NCBI GenBank assembly: GCA_965243205.1
Contig: CBDEUK010000002.1
Span: 1,184,001-1,248,000, forward strand
DNA from: Gammaproteobacteria bacterium
GTDB taxonomy: Bacteria; Pseudomonadota; Gammaproteobacteria; Eutrophobiales; Eutrophobiaceae
DNA: 64,000 bases
Direction: 5' to 3'
How positions within the stretch are numbered: the first letter of the stretch is position 1; each line of letters begins with the position of its first letter. The notes under the pieces are model-generated. The model worked only from the letters and a program-made list of their open reading frames with translations. It did not search any database and had not been told where the DNA came from. Shown piece after piece: positions 41,579-52,127 of this stretch. The position numbers and the translations under genes are program-made.

Positions 41579-42016
41579 ATGAAAACTAAAACAATAACTT
41601 TAAATACACTAGCCTTAATGATGATGTTTACGAGTCCAAGTGCTTTTTCAAATGACTCTTTATACAGTCGGCTTGGGGGATATGACGCAGTTGCTGCAGT
41701 GGTTGATGATTTAATGAATCGTCTTGCAAACGATCAGCAAGTTGGTCGTGTATTAAAACATATCCCAGAGTCACGTTTTAATCATATCAGACAAATGATG
41801 GTAGATTTTGTATGTGAAGCGACTGGCGGACCTTGTAAATATATCGGTCAGACTATGGAAATAGCTCATCGTGGCATGGGATTAAATGAAAGTGATTGGA
41901 AATTAACCGTGAATCATTTACAACATACATTGAGTGAGTTTAATGTCCCTACAAATGAAAAAAATGAATTAATCAATATACTTGCTACGTTAAAACCTGC
42001 AATTGTTGATAGTTAA
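41579..42016 (+). CDS. Group I truncated haemoglobin with Sec signal peptide
   Basis: Signal ending AFS; SLYSRLGG, GGPCKYIG..M..AH (proximal His F8). Confidence 0.9.
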   Translation: MKTKTITLNTLALMMMFTSPSAFSNDSLYSRLGGYDAVAAVVDDLMNRLANDQQVGRVLKHIPESRFNHIRQMMVDFVCEATGGPCKYIGQTMEIAHRGMGLNESDWKLTVNHLQHTLSEFNVPTNEKNELINILATLKPAIVDS

Positions 42017-42060
42017 TTTAATAGATACTCCCCAGTAGTACATAAATAAATGGAATAATT

Positions 42061-42093
42061 TGTAACTGGAAAAGGATTTCCTCTCCATTTACA
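42061..42093. terminator. Hairpin downstream of the globin gene
   Basis: tgtaa-c-tgga-aa-agga / tcct-c-tcca-t-ttaca imperfect stem. Confidence 0.45.
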
Positions 42094-42429
42094 GAAAAAA
42101 TCATTTTAATTAATTATCTATTTTTGAATTTATAAAAATGAAAATATACATATTATTTTTTTTCATATTTTTAATTATTGGTAATTTATTCTTTTTGGAA
42201 TTAATAAAAAGAAATCATCCTGGCACCGTCTATTCTTGTACGCATAAGGAAAAAATTTAATGTGATACATGCCTCTAACTAATTTAAAAGATTAGTATTA
42301 TCAAAAAAATCTTACCTTTATAAGATAGACATATTAAATAAAAATTTAATATACTAACCATTAATATAATTATTGGTTGATTTCCTATAATTAATTTTCA
42401 TCTAAAAAAATGTAATTACTTTGTAATAA

Positions 42430-43317
42430 ATGATTAATATTCTGAAAAGAATTTTCTTTCGCCTCATCTTAATACTACTTTTTCTTTACCTTACATTATT
42501 TATTCATAATAATTATTGGTCAGAAAATTATTCTCAAACAGATATAGAAAATGCCTATAGCAATTCCATTACATGGCTAATTACTAATGAAGAAAAAATT
42601 TTTAAGGAAAAAAACTCGATGTTATGGTGGTTACTTATTCAATCACTTGAACTGGAAAATGAGCCAAGACTAAAAAAACTCGTCGATAATTATTTAAATG
42701 AAAACTATTTGTTTTATGTCAACACCCCATGGCACTCACTGTTATATGATGGTTCATCAAAAATAGATTCATTGTCATTACTTGCCTCAAAAATACCTGA
42801 ATACTCTAAATATTTTGTATATGGTTATACATGTGATGTAGAACTAAAAAATTCAGAAACAATAAGAAAGCAAAATAATTTAAATTATTGTTTTATAAAT
42901 TATCCAACCTCTCCTACATGTTTTACCCATCAGCTAATGGCCTTTAGATTCATGCAAAGAGCTAACTGCAAAACAGATATCAAATTAGAAACCCATATAG
43001 AAAAAATTGCTAATTGGATTAGTTACCAACTTACATTTGATGTTCGAGTTGTAGACGTATATATTCAAAGAGTCATGATGCTCATAGATAGTGGTAATAG
43101 TTCTAAATTAAGAAAACGTTGGGTTAAACGAATTTTAATTGAGCAACTAAATGATGGAGGCTGGAGTGGGTTTCAACCATTATTATCAATAGGTAATAAT
43201 AAATTTATAGGTTTTGGATCTAGAGGCTTAGCAATGAAGTCTAATAACTCAAATTTTCATGCAACAGCTCAAGGATTATATCTTTTATCTATGCTAAAAA
43301 ATAAATATTATGAATAA
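42430..43317 (+). CDS. Membrane-anchored protein with a prenyltransferase/QW-like repeat
   Basis: N-terminal TM; EQLNDGGW and HATAQGL; four Cys. Confidence 0.65.
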   Translation: MINILKRIFFRLILILLFLYLTLFIHNNYWSENYSQTDIENAYSNSITWLITNEEKIFKEKNSMLWWLLIQSLELENEPRLKKLVDNYLNENYLFYVNTPWHSLLYDGSSKIDSLSLLASKIPEYSKYFVYGYTCDVELKNSETIRKQNNLNYCFINYPTSPTCFTHQLMAFRFMQRANCKTDIKLETHIEKIANWISYQLTFDVRVVDVYIQRVMMLIDSGNSSKLRKRWVKRILIEQLNDGGWSGFQPLLSIGNNKFIGFGSRGLAMKSNNSNFHATAQGLYLLSMLKNKYYE

Positions 43318-43666
43318 TATACATATAAACTACGTTGAATTTCCTTGTAAGGATATAGATGCGACGAAACATTTTTTTTCTAATGTCTTTGGTTGGGAGT
43401 TCGAAGATTATGGGCCTGAGTATGCTGCTTTTTCAAACTCAGGTTTAGATGGTGGTTTTTTTAAATCAGATTTACGTTCTTCTGCTGCTGAAGGTTCAGC
43501 ATTGATTGTTTTATACAGTGATAACCTTGAACAAACTTTAAAGAATATAGAAACCGCTGGTTGTGAAATTTGTCAGCCTATTTTTTCTTTTCCAGGCGGA
43601 AGACGATTTCATTTTATTGAACCAAGTGGTAATGAATTAGCCGTTTGGTCAGATGTAGGAATTTAA
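43310..43666 (+). CDS. VOC/glyoxalase family protein
   Basis: INYVEF...FGWEFEDYGPEY, FPGGRRFHFIEPSGNELAVW. Confidence 0.92.
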   Translation: MNNIHINYVEFPCKDIDATKHFFSNVFGWEFEDYGPEYAAFSNSGLDGGFFKSDLRSSAAEGSALIVLYSDNLEQTLKNIETAGCEICQPIFSFPGGRRFHFIEPSGNELAVWSDVGI

Positions 43667-43670
43667 TATA

Positions 43671-43700
43671 AAAAAGGCGATGTATGAACATCGCCTTTTT
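43671..43700. terminator. Bidirectional intrinsic terminator
   Basis: aaaaaggcgatgt/acatcgccttttt. Confidence 0.9.
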
Positions 43701-43720
43701 AGTTTTATTGTTTATTATTT

Positions 43721-44653
43721 TTAATATTCGAATCCGAATTCTTCTTTAAAACGCGCTTTAAATTCATCAGGCGTAAACTGATGATTCTGCGTTCCGTTAG
43801 AAGCAATCTTGATAGAACCAATTAATGAAGCAATACGACCAGTGGTTTCCCAATCCATGTTATTTAATAATCCATATAATAAACCCGCACGATAAGAGTC
43901 ACCACAACCTGTTGGATCATTAATCGCTGCAGGTTTTACAGATGGAATATTTATTTCTTTTCCATCTGCATAAATCACAGAACCATCACCACCCATGGTT
44001 ACAATTAATGCTTTTACTTGCTTAGAAACTTCTTCTGCGCTCAATCCAGTTCGTTCCTGCATTAATTGCCACTCGTAATCATTCACGGTGACATAACTGG
44101 CTTGTTCAATAAAAGATTTTAAATCATTACCATCAAACATTGGCATACCTTGGCCTGGGTCAAAGATAAAAGGAATACCAGCTTCTGCAAACTGTTTGGC
44201 GTGTTCAATCATGCCATCACGACCGTCAGGCGAAATAATCCCGATAGTAATTCCTTCTGCATCACTGACTTTATTTTGATGCGATAAATTCATAGCACCT
44301 GGATGAAAAGCAGTAATTTGATTATCGTCTAAATCGGTTGTAATGAATGCTTGTCCAGTAAAGTTGTTTTCTAATATAGAAATATGTTTTCGACTGATCG
44401 CATAATGATCCATCCATTCTGCATAAGGGCCAAAATCTTTTCCTACTGTCGCCATTGGCACAGGTTCTTCACCCAATAATTTTAAGTTATAGGCAATATT
44501 ACCTGCACAACCACCAAATTCTTTACGCATCTCTGGTACTAAGAAAGAAACGTTTATCATATGAACCTTATCTGGCAGGATATGATTTTTAAATTGATCG
44601 GGAAATACCATGATATGGTCGTAAGCGAAAGAGCCACAAATTAAAGCAGACAT
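43721..44653 (-). CDS. PfkB-family nucleoside (adenosine-type) kinase
   Basis: GSFAYD, FGGCAGNIAY, FDPGQ, VNDYE, DPTGCGDSYRAG. Confidence 0.9.
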   Translation of the reverse strand: MSALICGSFAYDHIMVFPDQFKNHILPDKVHMINVSFLVPEMRKEFGGCAGNIAYNLKLLGEEPVPMATVGKDFGPYAEWMDHYAISRKHISILENNFTGQAFITTDLDDNQITAFHPGAMNLSHQNKVSDAEGITIGIISPDGRDGMIEHAKQFAEAGIPFIFDPGQGMPMFDGNDLKSFIEQASYVTVNDYEWQLMQERTGLSAEEVSKQVKALIVTMGGDGSVIYADGKEINIPSVKPAAINDPTGCGDSYRAGLLYGLLNNMDWETTGRIASLIGSIKIASNGTQNHQFTPDEFKARFKEEFGFEY

Positions 44654-44725
44654 ATTTAATCCTAATGTTGTTAAGTTAAAATCTGGAACTGAAAATTATA
44701 GGGAAAGTAAGATGATTGCAAATAT

Positions 44726-46147
44726 TTATCGATTTTTCTGTAGCCAAACAACATAATCATTTTTAAATGTGTCTGGATATTGCTGTTCAAAATCATGCCA
44801 TCGATTTAAATTTTCGAATAATGATTGAGTTTGATATTGTTTGGAAAATTCTTGGTATATCGTTTTATCTGTTAACTCTAACCCTAAAAGCTGAGAATTA
44901 AGTTGTCCAAGCATGTTTTTTATCTCAATCAGATCATAATGATTTTCATAGCGATGAAACAACATATCTCTGACACCAGACATATAATAATAATCTTTTA
45001 ACTCAATTAGTTTTTCAAAGCCATCTATTTTGATCAAATCATGTCGTAATGAACGTATAACTTCATCAGACTCTGAATATTGTTTTTCTTGAATATAATT
45101 AACCGATTTACGTATAGTTCTTCTTGCTAACTCACTGTATAAATTAAATCGCAATATACCTTGAACTGATAATTGATTAATAAACATTTCAAGTGCTTTT
45201 TGTGGTTTAGCAATATGTGATAAAACTCCCATGCAGTCAATAAAATCGAACTGAATATTGAGTTGGTCTATGTCCATCAAATCCATTTGAATAAATTCAA
45301 TATTATTGAATTGTAATTCCATTGCTTTTCGTTTTGCATAGGCCAGACTAGAAAGGCTTAAATCGATACTAATGATTTTAGAGTTGGAAAATCGTGATGC
45401 ATGTTCAATACTTAGCAAACCTGTACCACAACCAATAACAAGAACAGTTTCAGGTATATTTTTTAGCGTATATTGCATATTATCGAATAAGGATTGCTCG
45501 ATAAAAACATCAATACTCTGTTCAGTTACATCACTTATTTTAAACCATCTTGGATAGGGGTTTCTTTCATAGTGTTGTTTAACATTCTTTGTAATATCAT
45601 GCGTTAAACGACTTGTTTTTTTTATTGTATTTTTTAATTCATCCTCTGTTCGAGTATCCGTAATCTGATATTTGATAAGATTTTCAATTTCTATCGGAAA
45701 TGTATTTTTCGAATTTATTAATTTAACAATCTGTTTTTCTGATTGTATATTTTTATAACAAGCAATGATTAAAACCCTTAACCATACGATCGATTCAGGA
45801 AATTCAATAGTTTGTTGAGAAAATATATCTAAATAAAACTTTTCCTGTTCACTAACAAAAAAAACATATTCTGTATTGAAACATTGTTTCGATAAAATCG
45901 ATAAAAACAATTGTAGATTAAGAATATTTAATTGTTCGAATTCTTGTTCAAAGATTAAATTAAGTAATGATTTTCTGAAAGACGTTAGAAATATTTCAAT
46001 TTGATAATCAGAAATAATATTGAACGTTAAATAATTAACTATTTCTTCATCGATTAGAGAAGCAATTAAATTATCGTTAATCGATAATGATTCAATATTA
46101 TTTGTTTGGGCAATGGCCTTAAGTCGTTGTTTACCCTCAGCAGACAT
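44726..46147 (-). CDS. Class I SAM-dependent methyltransferase
   Basis: YERNPYPRW, VIGCGTG, IDLSLSSLAYAKRK, GVLSH, RDMLFH. Confidence 0.88.
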   Translation of the reverse strand: MSAEGKQRLKAIAQTNNIESLSINDNLIASLIDEEIVNYLTFNIISDYQIEIFLTSFRKSLLNLIFEQEFEQLNILNLQLFLSILSKQCFNTEYVFFVSEQEKFYLDIFSQQTIEFPESIVWLRVLIIACYKNIQSEKQIVKLINSKNTFPIEIENLIKYQITDTRTEDELKNTIKKTSRLTHDITKNVKQHYERNPYPRWFKISDVTEQSIDVFIEQSLFDNMQYTLKNIPETVLVIGCGTGLLSIEHASRFSNSKIISIDLSLSSLAYAKRKAMELQFNNIEFIQMDLMDIDQLNIQFDFIDCMGVLSHIAKPQKALEMFINQLSVQGILRFNLYSELARRTIRKSVNYIQEKQYSESDEVIRSLRHDLIKIDGFEKLIELKDYYYMSGVRDMLFHRYENHYDLIEIKNMLGQLNSQLLGLELTDKTIYQEFSKQYQTQSLFENLNRWHDFEQQYPDTFKNDYVVWLQKNR

Positions 46148-46162
46148 ATTAAAAAGTATCTT

Positions 46163-47332
46163 TTACGGATGACTTACTCGCCAAAGTTTGCCAGCACCAT
46201 CATCAGAAATTAATAGAGAACCATCATTCATTTGGACTAAACCTACTGGACGCCCCCAAACTCTTTTTGAATCTGGAGAAATTAACCATCCTGTTAAAAA
46301 ATCTTCAGGACCAGTAATGGCTTGACCCTCTTTAAAAGGAACAAAAGCTATTTTATACCCTGCACGTTCCGAACGATTCCAAGAACCGTGCAAAGCAATG
46401 AAAGCGCCATTATGATATTTCTTAGGAAATGCATCGGCCGTATAAAATAAAACATCCATAGCTCCAACGTGTCCGCCTAATAAAACCGTTGGATATAATG
46501 TTTTTGCAACAAGATCTGGTGCTTCATCTTCGCGTCGTGGATCTTCATGAGGCCCGATATAAGCATAAGGCCAGCCATAAAACCCACCTCGTTTTACTTG
46601 GGTAAAGAAGTCAGGTACTAAATCATCCCCTAAGCCATCACGTTCATGAGAGGTTACCCATAGTTGTTTAGTTGAAGGATGAAAACGCATACCAACCGCA
46701 TTACGTATACCACTGGCATAGAGTTCATAACCAGTACCATCTAAGTTATATCTTGTTATAGCTGCTCTAGCTTCTGGTTCTCCTGCACTAACATTCGATC
46801 GAGAACCAATACTTAAATATAACTTTTGTTCTTGTTCATTAATAAGAATGCTGCGAGTTTTATGGCCTGAATTATATTTTTTTATATTAATAATGTTCTC
46901 AGGTTCGCCAACTGACTGTTCTAGACCATTATAAGGATAACGTCTTACATAATTAACATCCGCAACATAAAGCCAGTCTTTGTATAAGGCCAAACCAAAA
47001 GGCTGATTCAATCGTTTGATTAAAACCTGTTTTTGTTTATCTTTAATGATATAAATTTTTCCATCGTCCATATCAGAAAGAATAATTTCATCGCCTTTAC
47101 CATTAATCATATAACGCGGGCCATCGAAACCATCCATGTATTCTTCAACCTTAAACCCATTTGGTACAGTTAGTGTTGCATCCTTTGGACGGTTCACTGT
47201 AAAGCCTGGGTTAACGGATGATTTTGTAGCATAAGGCTTTGGTAGCTCTTGCCAATTAACAGGTAATGGATTTTCGGCCCAAGCATTGAAACTGAAAATG
47301 CAAATCAATAATAAACCTATGCTGTATTTCAT
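46163..47332 (-). CDS. PQQ-dependent sugar/sorbosone dehydrogenase family beta-propeller
   Basis: Signal peptide; GIRNAVG, ERDGLGDDLVPD, YGWPY, HGSWNR, GRPVG. Confidence 0.9.
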   Translation of the reverse strand: MKYSIGLLLICIFSFNAWAENPLPVNWQELPKPYATKSSVNPGFTVNRPKDATLTVPNGFKVEEYMDGFDGPRYMINGKGDEIILSDMDDGKIYIIKDKQKQVLIKRLNQPFGLALYKDWLYVADVNYVRRYPYNGLEQSVGEPENIINIKKYNSGHKTRSILINEQEQKLYLSIGSRSNVSAGEPEARAAITRYNLDGTGYELYASGIRNAVGMRFHPSTKQLWVTSHERDGLGDDLVPDFFTQVKRGGFYGWPYAYIGPHEDPRREDEAPDLVAKTLYPTVLLGGHVGAMDVLFYTADAFPKKYHNGAFIALHGSWNRSERAGYKIAFVPFKEGQAITGPEDFLTGWLISPDSKRVWGRPVGLVQMNDGSLLISDDGAGKLWRVSHP

Positions 47333-47344
47333 AGCTTATCCTCG

Positions 47345-50203
47345 TTATGCGCTTTTCTTTTGACTAGTTGGTTCTTTAAAACGTTCTAAAACGGGTAATA
47401 AAAAACGACCTGTATGGGAGCGTTCAATTTCACACACTTGTTCAGGTGTCCCAGAGGCAATAATTTCTCCACCTTTGTCACCGCCTTCAGGGCCGAGATC
47501 AATGATCCAATCGGCTGTCTTGATCACATCAAGATTATGTTCAATAACAACAACCGTATTACCGTGGTCACGCAAACGATGTAATACATGTAATAGTTGT
47601 TGGATATCATAAAAATGTAATCCTGTAGTAGGTTCATCTAAGATATATAATGTTTTACCTGTATCTCGTTTCGATAGTTCACGAGATAATTTCACACGTT
47701 GAGCTTCTCCACCTGAAAGAGTCGTCGCGTTTTGTCCTATCTTAATATACGACAAACCAACATCAATTAAAGTTTGTAACTTTCTTGCAATAACAGGAAC
47801 GGCATCAAAAAAGACTCGTCCATCTTCAACCGTCATATCCAATACTTCAGCAATAGTTTTGCCTTTATATAATATATCCAGAGTTTCGCGGTTGTATCGC
47901 TTACCATTACAAACATCACACGCAACATAAATATCGGGTAAGAAGTGCATTTCTACTTTAATAACACCATCACCTTGGCAAGCTTCGCATCGCCCACCTT
48001 TGACATTAAAACTAAAACGTCCAGGTTTATAACCGCGTGAACGCGCTTCTTGAGTCGCTGCAAATAATTCGCGGATAGGGGTGAAAACACCCGTATAGGT
48101 TGCAGGGTTTGAACGTGGTGTTCTACCGATAGGACTTTGATCAATATCAACCACTTTATCAAACTGTTCCAAGCCTTCAATCGATTCATACGCTGCACTA
48201 CTAGCACTGGCTTTATTTAATTCTTTGGCAACAATCTTATAAAGCGTTTCATTAATTAAGGTTGATTTACCAGAACCCGAAACACCTGTAATCGCAGTCA
48301 TAAGTCCAACGGGAATTTCTAAATCAACACTTTTTAAATTATTACCTGTTGCGCCAGATAGTTTTAAAATCTGTTCTGTATCATACGGCGTTCTGTTTTC
48401 AGGAATTTCAATACGTTTTCTACCTGACAAATATTGCCCTGTTAATGACGTTTTATGTTTAAGTAATTGCTCAGGCGTACCTTGTGCAACAATCTCTCCT
48501 CCATGCACGCCAGCACCTGGACCAATATCGATAACATAATCAGCTTCTAAAATCGCTTCATCATCGTGTTCGACCACAATTACCGTGTTTCCTAAATCAC
48601 GTAAATGTTTTAGTGTTGTCAATAAACGTTGATTATCACGTTGATGCAAACCAATCGAGGGTTCATCCAACACATACATCACCCCAACCAAACCTGCACC
48701 AATCTGACTGGCTAAACGAATACGTTGCGCTTCACCACCTGATAAGGTGTCGGCACTGCGATCCAATGTTAAATAATCTAAACCCACATTAATTAAAAAT
48801 TGCAAACGATCGCCAACTTCTTTCAGTATTTTTTCCGCAATCTTTCCACGGCTACCTTTTATATTGAGTGAATCAAAAAATTGTTTGGATTTTTCGATTT
48901 GCATGGAAGTGATTTCAGGTAAGGTAATGCCTTCTATAAAGACATTCCTGGCGGCTTCATTTAATCTCGAACCATTACAATCAGGACATGGTTTATTATT
49001 TTGAAATTTGGCTAACTCATCACGCACCATATTGGAATCGGTATCGCGATAACGTCGTTCCATATTTGGAATCACACCTTCAAATACATGTTTACGTTTC
49101 ACCGTACCGCGGCGCTCATTCAAATATTCAAACTGAATTAACTCTTCACCACTTCCATAAAGAATGATGTTTTGTATTTCTTCAGATAAATCACAAAAAT
49201 TGGTATCGATATCAAATTTATAATGTTTCGCTAAAGACTGGATTAATTGAAAATAATACGCATTGCGTCGATCCCAACCGCGTATCGCACCGCCAGGTAA
49301 ACTTAACTCTGGATTCTGCACTACATAGTCTGGATCAAAGAATTGTAGTTGACCTAAGCCGTCACAAGTCGGACAGGCACCAACCGGATTATTAAAAGAA
49401 AATAATCGTGGTTCGAGTTCGCTTATGCTATATCCACATTCCGGGCAGGCAAACTTAGCAGAGAATACCAATTCAGCTGTCTCATCATTATCCATTGAAA
49501 CGACCTTCACGATACCATCAGAAAGTTTCAGTGCCGTTTCAAATGATTCTGCTAAACGTAATTTAATATCATCGCGAATCTTAAAACGATCCACCACCAC
49601 TTCGATATTGTGTTTTTTATGCAATTCTAATTCTGGTGGTTGATCCAATTCATACACTTCACCATCAATGCGAGCACGAATAAAACCCTGTGCATATAAG
49701 CTATCTAAAAGCTGTACATGCTCACCTTTTCGCTCTTGCACTACTGGTGCAAGTAGCATCAATTTTTCACCTTCTTCTCTGGTTAATAATTGATCCACCA
49801 TCTGACTGATGGTTTGAGCCTCAAGTAGATGTTTATGTGTAGGACAGCGCGGTTGTCCTACACGAGCGAATAATAATCGAAGATAGTCGTAAATTTCGGT
49901 GATAGTACCAACAGTTGAACGTGGATTGTGAGAAGTGGATTTTTGTTCAATGGAAATCGCTGGAGATAAACCCTCAATATGATCAACATCGGGTTTTTCC
50001 ATCATCGATAAAAATTGCCGAGCATACGCGGATAACGATTCTACATAACGGCGCTGGCCTTCTGCGTAGATAGTATCAAACGCTAGAGAGGATTTACCTG
50101 AACCCGATAAACCAGTAATAACAATCAATTTATCGCGGGGAATATCTAAATCAATGTTCTTCAAATTGTGGGTACGTGCGCCCCGGATCAGGATTTTATC
50201 CAT
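47345..50203 (-). CDS. uvrA: Excinuclease ABC subunit A
   Basis: Two ABC ATPase domains ([24 protein letters not shown]) and Zn fingers. Confidence 0.98.
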   Translation of the reverse strand: MDKILIRGARTHNLKNIDLDIPRDKLIVITGLSGSGKSSLAFDTIYAEGQRRYVESLSAYARQFLSMMEKPDVDHIEGLSPAISIEQKSTSHNPRSTVGTITEIYDYLRLLFARVGQPRCPTHKHLLEAQTISQMVDQLLTREEGEKLMLLAPVVQERKGEHVQLLDSLYAQGFIRARIDGEVYELDQPPELELHKKHNIEVVVDRFKIRDDIKLRLAESFETALKLSDGIVKVVSMDNDETAELVFSAKFACPECGYSISELEPRLFSFNNPVGACPTCDGLGQLQFFDPDYVVQNPELSLPGGAIRGWDRRNAYYFQLIQSLAKHYKFDIDTNFCDLSEEIQNIILYGSGEELIQFEYLNERRGTVKRKHVFEGVIPNMERRYRDTDSNMVRDELAKFQNNKPCPDCNGSRLNEAARNVFIEGITLPEITSMQIEKSKQFFDSLNIKGSRGKIAEKILKEVGDRLQFLINVGLDYLTLDRSADTLSGGEAQRIRLASQIGAGLVGVMYVLDEPSIGLHQRDNQRLLTTLKHLRDLGNTVIVVEHDDEAILEADYVIDIGPGAGVHGGEIVAQGTPEQLLKHKTSLTGQYLSGRKRIEIPENRTPYDTEQILKLSGATGNNLKSVDLEIPVGLMTAITGVSGSGKSTLINETLYKIVAKELNKASASSAAYESIEGLEQFDKVVDIDQSPIGRTPRSNPATYTGVFTPIRELFAATQEARSRGYKPGRFSFNVKGGRCEACQGDGVIKVEMHFLPDIYVACDVCNGKRYNRETLDILYKGKTIAEVLDMTVEDGRVFFDAVPVIARKLQTLIDVGLSYIKIGQNATTLSGGEAQRVKLSRELSKRDTGKTLYILDEPTTGLHFYDIQQLLHVLHRLRDHGNTVVVIEHNLDVIKTADWIIDLGPEGGDKGGEIIASGTPEQVCEIERSHTGRFLLPVLERFKEPTSQKKSA

Positions 50204-50237
50204 GAATGATAATCTACTTAGCCGAAAAAAATTTAAA

Positions 50238-50253
50238 CTGGTATTATAAACGG
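50238..50253. promoter_or_regulatory. SOS-box-like site overlapping the uvrA -10
   Basis: CTGG-TATTATAA-ACGG versus CTGT-N8-ACAG; contains a minus-strand TATAAT. Confidence 0.45.
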
Positions 50254-50381
50254 TTCTGGTGTTTCCATCCTTAATAATTCACAAAAAGATTTATAATGGT
50301 ATTCATTTATAATCTTTCGAGATTAGAAATACCTGATAATGATAATAACTATAATCCTATTTGCTGTTTGTACTTGAAACC

Positions 50382-51608
50382 ATGAGTAAAATGAGTCCGT
50401 TAGAAATTCGTTCCAGTTTGTCCCTAGGCTTAATATTTTTTTTACGAATGTTCGGCTTGTTTTTGATCTTGCCGGTTTTTTCACTGTTTGCCTTAGACAT
50501 CCAACACGCGACACCAACTCTAGTCGGCTTTGCATTAGGGATTTATGGCCTTACACAGGCTATGTTTCAGATCCCTTTTGGCATGTTATCCGATCGTTTT
50601 GGCCGCAAACCTATGATTACTATTGGGTTGATTGTCTTTTTTGTCGGCAGTGTTATCGCTGGTAGTTCAGAAAATATTTATTGGTTAATTATTGGTCGGG
50701 CTTTGCAAGGTGCTGGCGCGGTTGCCTCTGTTATCATGGCTTTGCTTGCGGATAATGTTTCCACAGAACATCGCACTAAAGCAATGGCAATGATTGGTAT
50801 GAGCGTTGGTTTAGCATTTTTATTATCGTTTGTCGTTGGGCCTATGCTATCTGAATATTTAGGACTCTCTGGCTTATTCTTCATGACCGCAATCATTGCT
50901 TTAATCGCTCTTGTGGTATTACATTTTATCGTTCCTAACAGTCAACAAACATTTCATAAAGAAACTGAATTGGATCTTTCACAACTATCCATAGTGATTC
51001 GTGATAAAGGATTACTCAGTTTAGATTTGGGTATTTTTATTCTACACCTTATTTTAACGGCGAATTTTATTGTGATACCGATTATTTTATTTGAAAATCT
51101 AGGTATCCATAGTGCCGAGCATTGGCAAATCTATTTACCGGCAATGCTGCTGGCTATTACGATTATGATACCGTTCGTTTTAATTGCAGATAAAAAACAA
51201 AAAGGGCCTATTTTTTATCTGATGATGATAGGCGTTTTATTATTTTCGCAATTTGGTTTCTTTTTGATAGGACATGATTACTGGCTAGTCTTTTTATTCT
51301 TAACTTTATTCTTTACTGCATTTAATTTTTTAGAAGCCTCATTACCTGCACTAATTTCCAAAACAGTAGCTCCAGAAAGAAAAGGCACAGCATTAGGAAT
51401 TTATTCCACATCTCAATTTATGGGATCATTCATAGGAGGCATTTTAGGTGGCTATGCCTTCAGTCGATTTGGCATTTCTAGTGTGTTTATGCTCAGTGCT
51501 GGATTTATCAGTCTGTGGCTACTGCTCACATTCTTTTCATTAGATTTACTCGATACGAATAAAAAAATAGTCAGCAACAAGGCTGAAATTCTGAGCGGAA
51601 AAGGTTAA
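50382..51608 (+). CDS. yajR: MFS transporter, YajR-like
   Basis: LRMFGLFLILPV, LSDRFGRKP, GRALQG, FN.LEASLP; usual position between uvrA and ssb. Confidence 0.88.
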   Translation: MSKMSPLEIRSSLSLGLIFFLRMFGLFLILPVFSLFALDIQHATPTLVGFALGIYGLTQAMFQIPFGMLSDRFGRKPMITIGLIVFFVGSVIAGSSENIYWLIIGRALQGAGAVASVIMALLADNVSTEHRTKAMAMIGMSVGLAFLLSFVVGPMLSEYLGLSGLFFMTAIIALIALVVLHFIVPNSQQTFHKETELDLSQLSIVIRDKGLLSLDLGIFILHLILTANFIVIPIILFENLGIHSAEHWQIYLPAMLLAITIMIPFVLIADKKQKGPIFYLMMIGVLLFSQFGFFLIGHDYWLVFLFLTLFFTAFNFLEASLPALISKTVAPERKGTALGIYSTSQFMGSFIGGILGGYAFSRFGISSVFMLSAGFISLWLLLTFFSLDLLDTNKKIVSNKAEILSGKG

Positions 51609-51639
51609 AGTAATACGATTATAAACTTGGAGGAAATTC

Positions 51640-52098
51640 ATGGCCCGCGGCATAAATAAAGTAATATTAGTTGGTAATCTCGGTAACGATCCTGACGTAC
51701 GTTACACACAAGATGGCCGTGCTATTGCCAATGTCAGCATAGCAACATCTGAATCATGGAAAGACAAAAATACAGGTGAAACCGTTGATAGAACTGAATG
51801 GCATCGCGTGGTCTTTTTTAATCGTCTTGGTGAAATCGTTGCGGAATACTTAAAGAAAGGCTCACAAATTTACGTAGAAGGCCGTTTACAAACTCGTAAA
51901 TGGCAAGATAAAGAAGGTAATGATCGTTACACCACTGAAATCGTGGCAAATGAAATGCAAATGCTAGGCGGTCGCTCTATGGGAGGCGGTTCTGCAGATT
52001 CTGCACCTATGAACAATACTCCTGACTCAGACTCTATGAGCGGTCAAAGTGCTCCAGCACCTGCAGATGATAGTTTTGATGATGATATTCCTTTCTAG
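51640..52098 (+). CDS. ssb: Single-stranded DNA-binding protein
   Basis: [20 protein letters not shown]-terminal DDDIPF. Confidence 0.98.
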   Translation: MARGINKVILVGNLGNDPDVRYTQDGRAIANVSIATSESWKDKNTGETVDRTEWHRVVFFNRLGEIVAEYLKKGSQIYVEGRLQTRKWQDKEGNDRYTTEIVANEMQMLGGRSMGGGSADSAPMNNTPDSDSMSGQSAPAPADDSFDDDIPF

Positions 52099-52108
52099 GA
52101 ATATCATC
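52081..52108. terminator. Perfect 12-bp hairpin overlapping the ssb stop
   Basis: gatgatattcct/aggaatatcatc. Confidence 0.7.
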
Positions 52109-52127
52109 TTTCAAACATTAGAAAAAA

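Noticed and set aside
42221-42236. Second sigma-54-like motif TGGCACCGTCTATTC
   Set aside because: The -24 element is good, but there is no GC at -12
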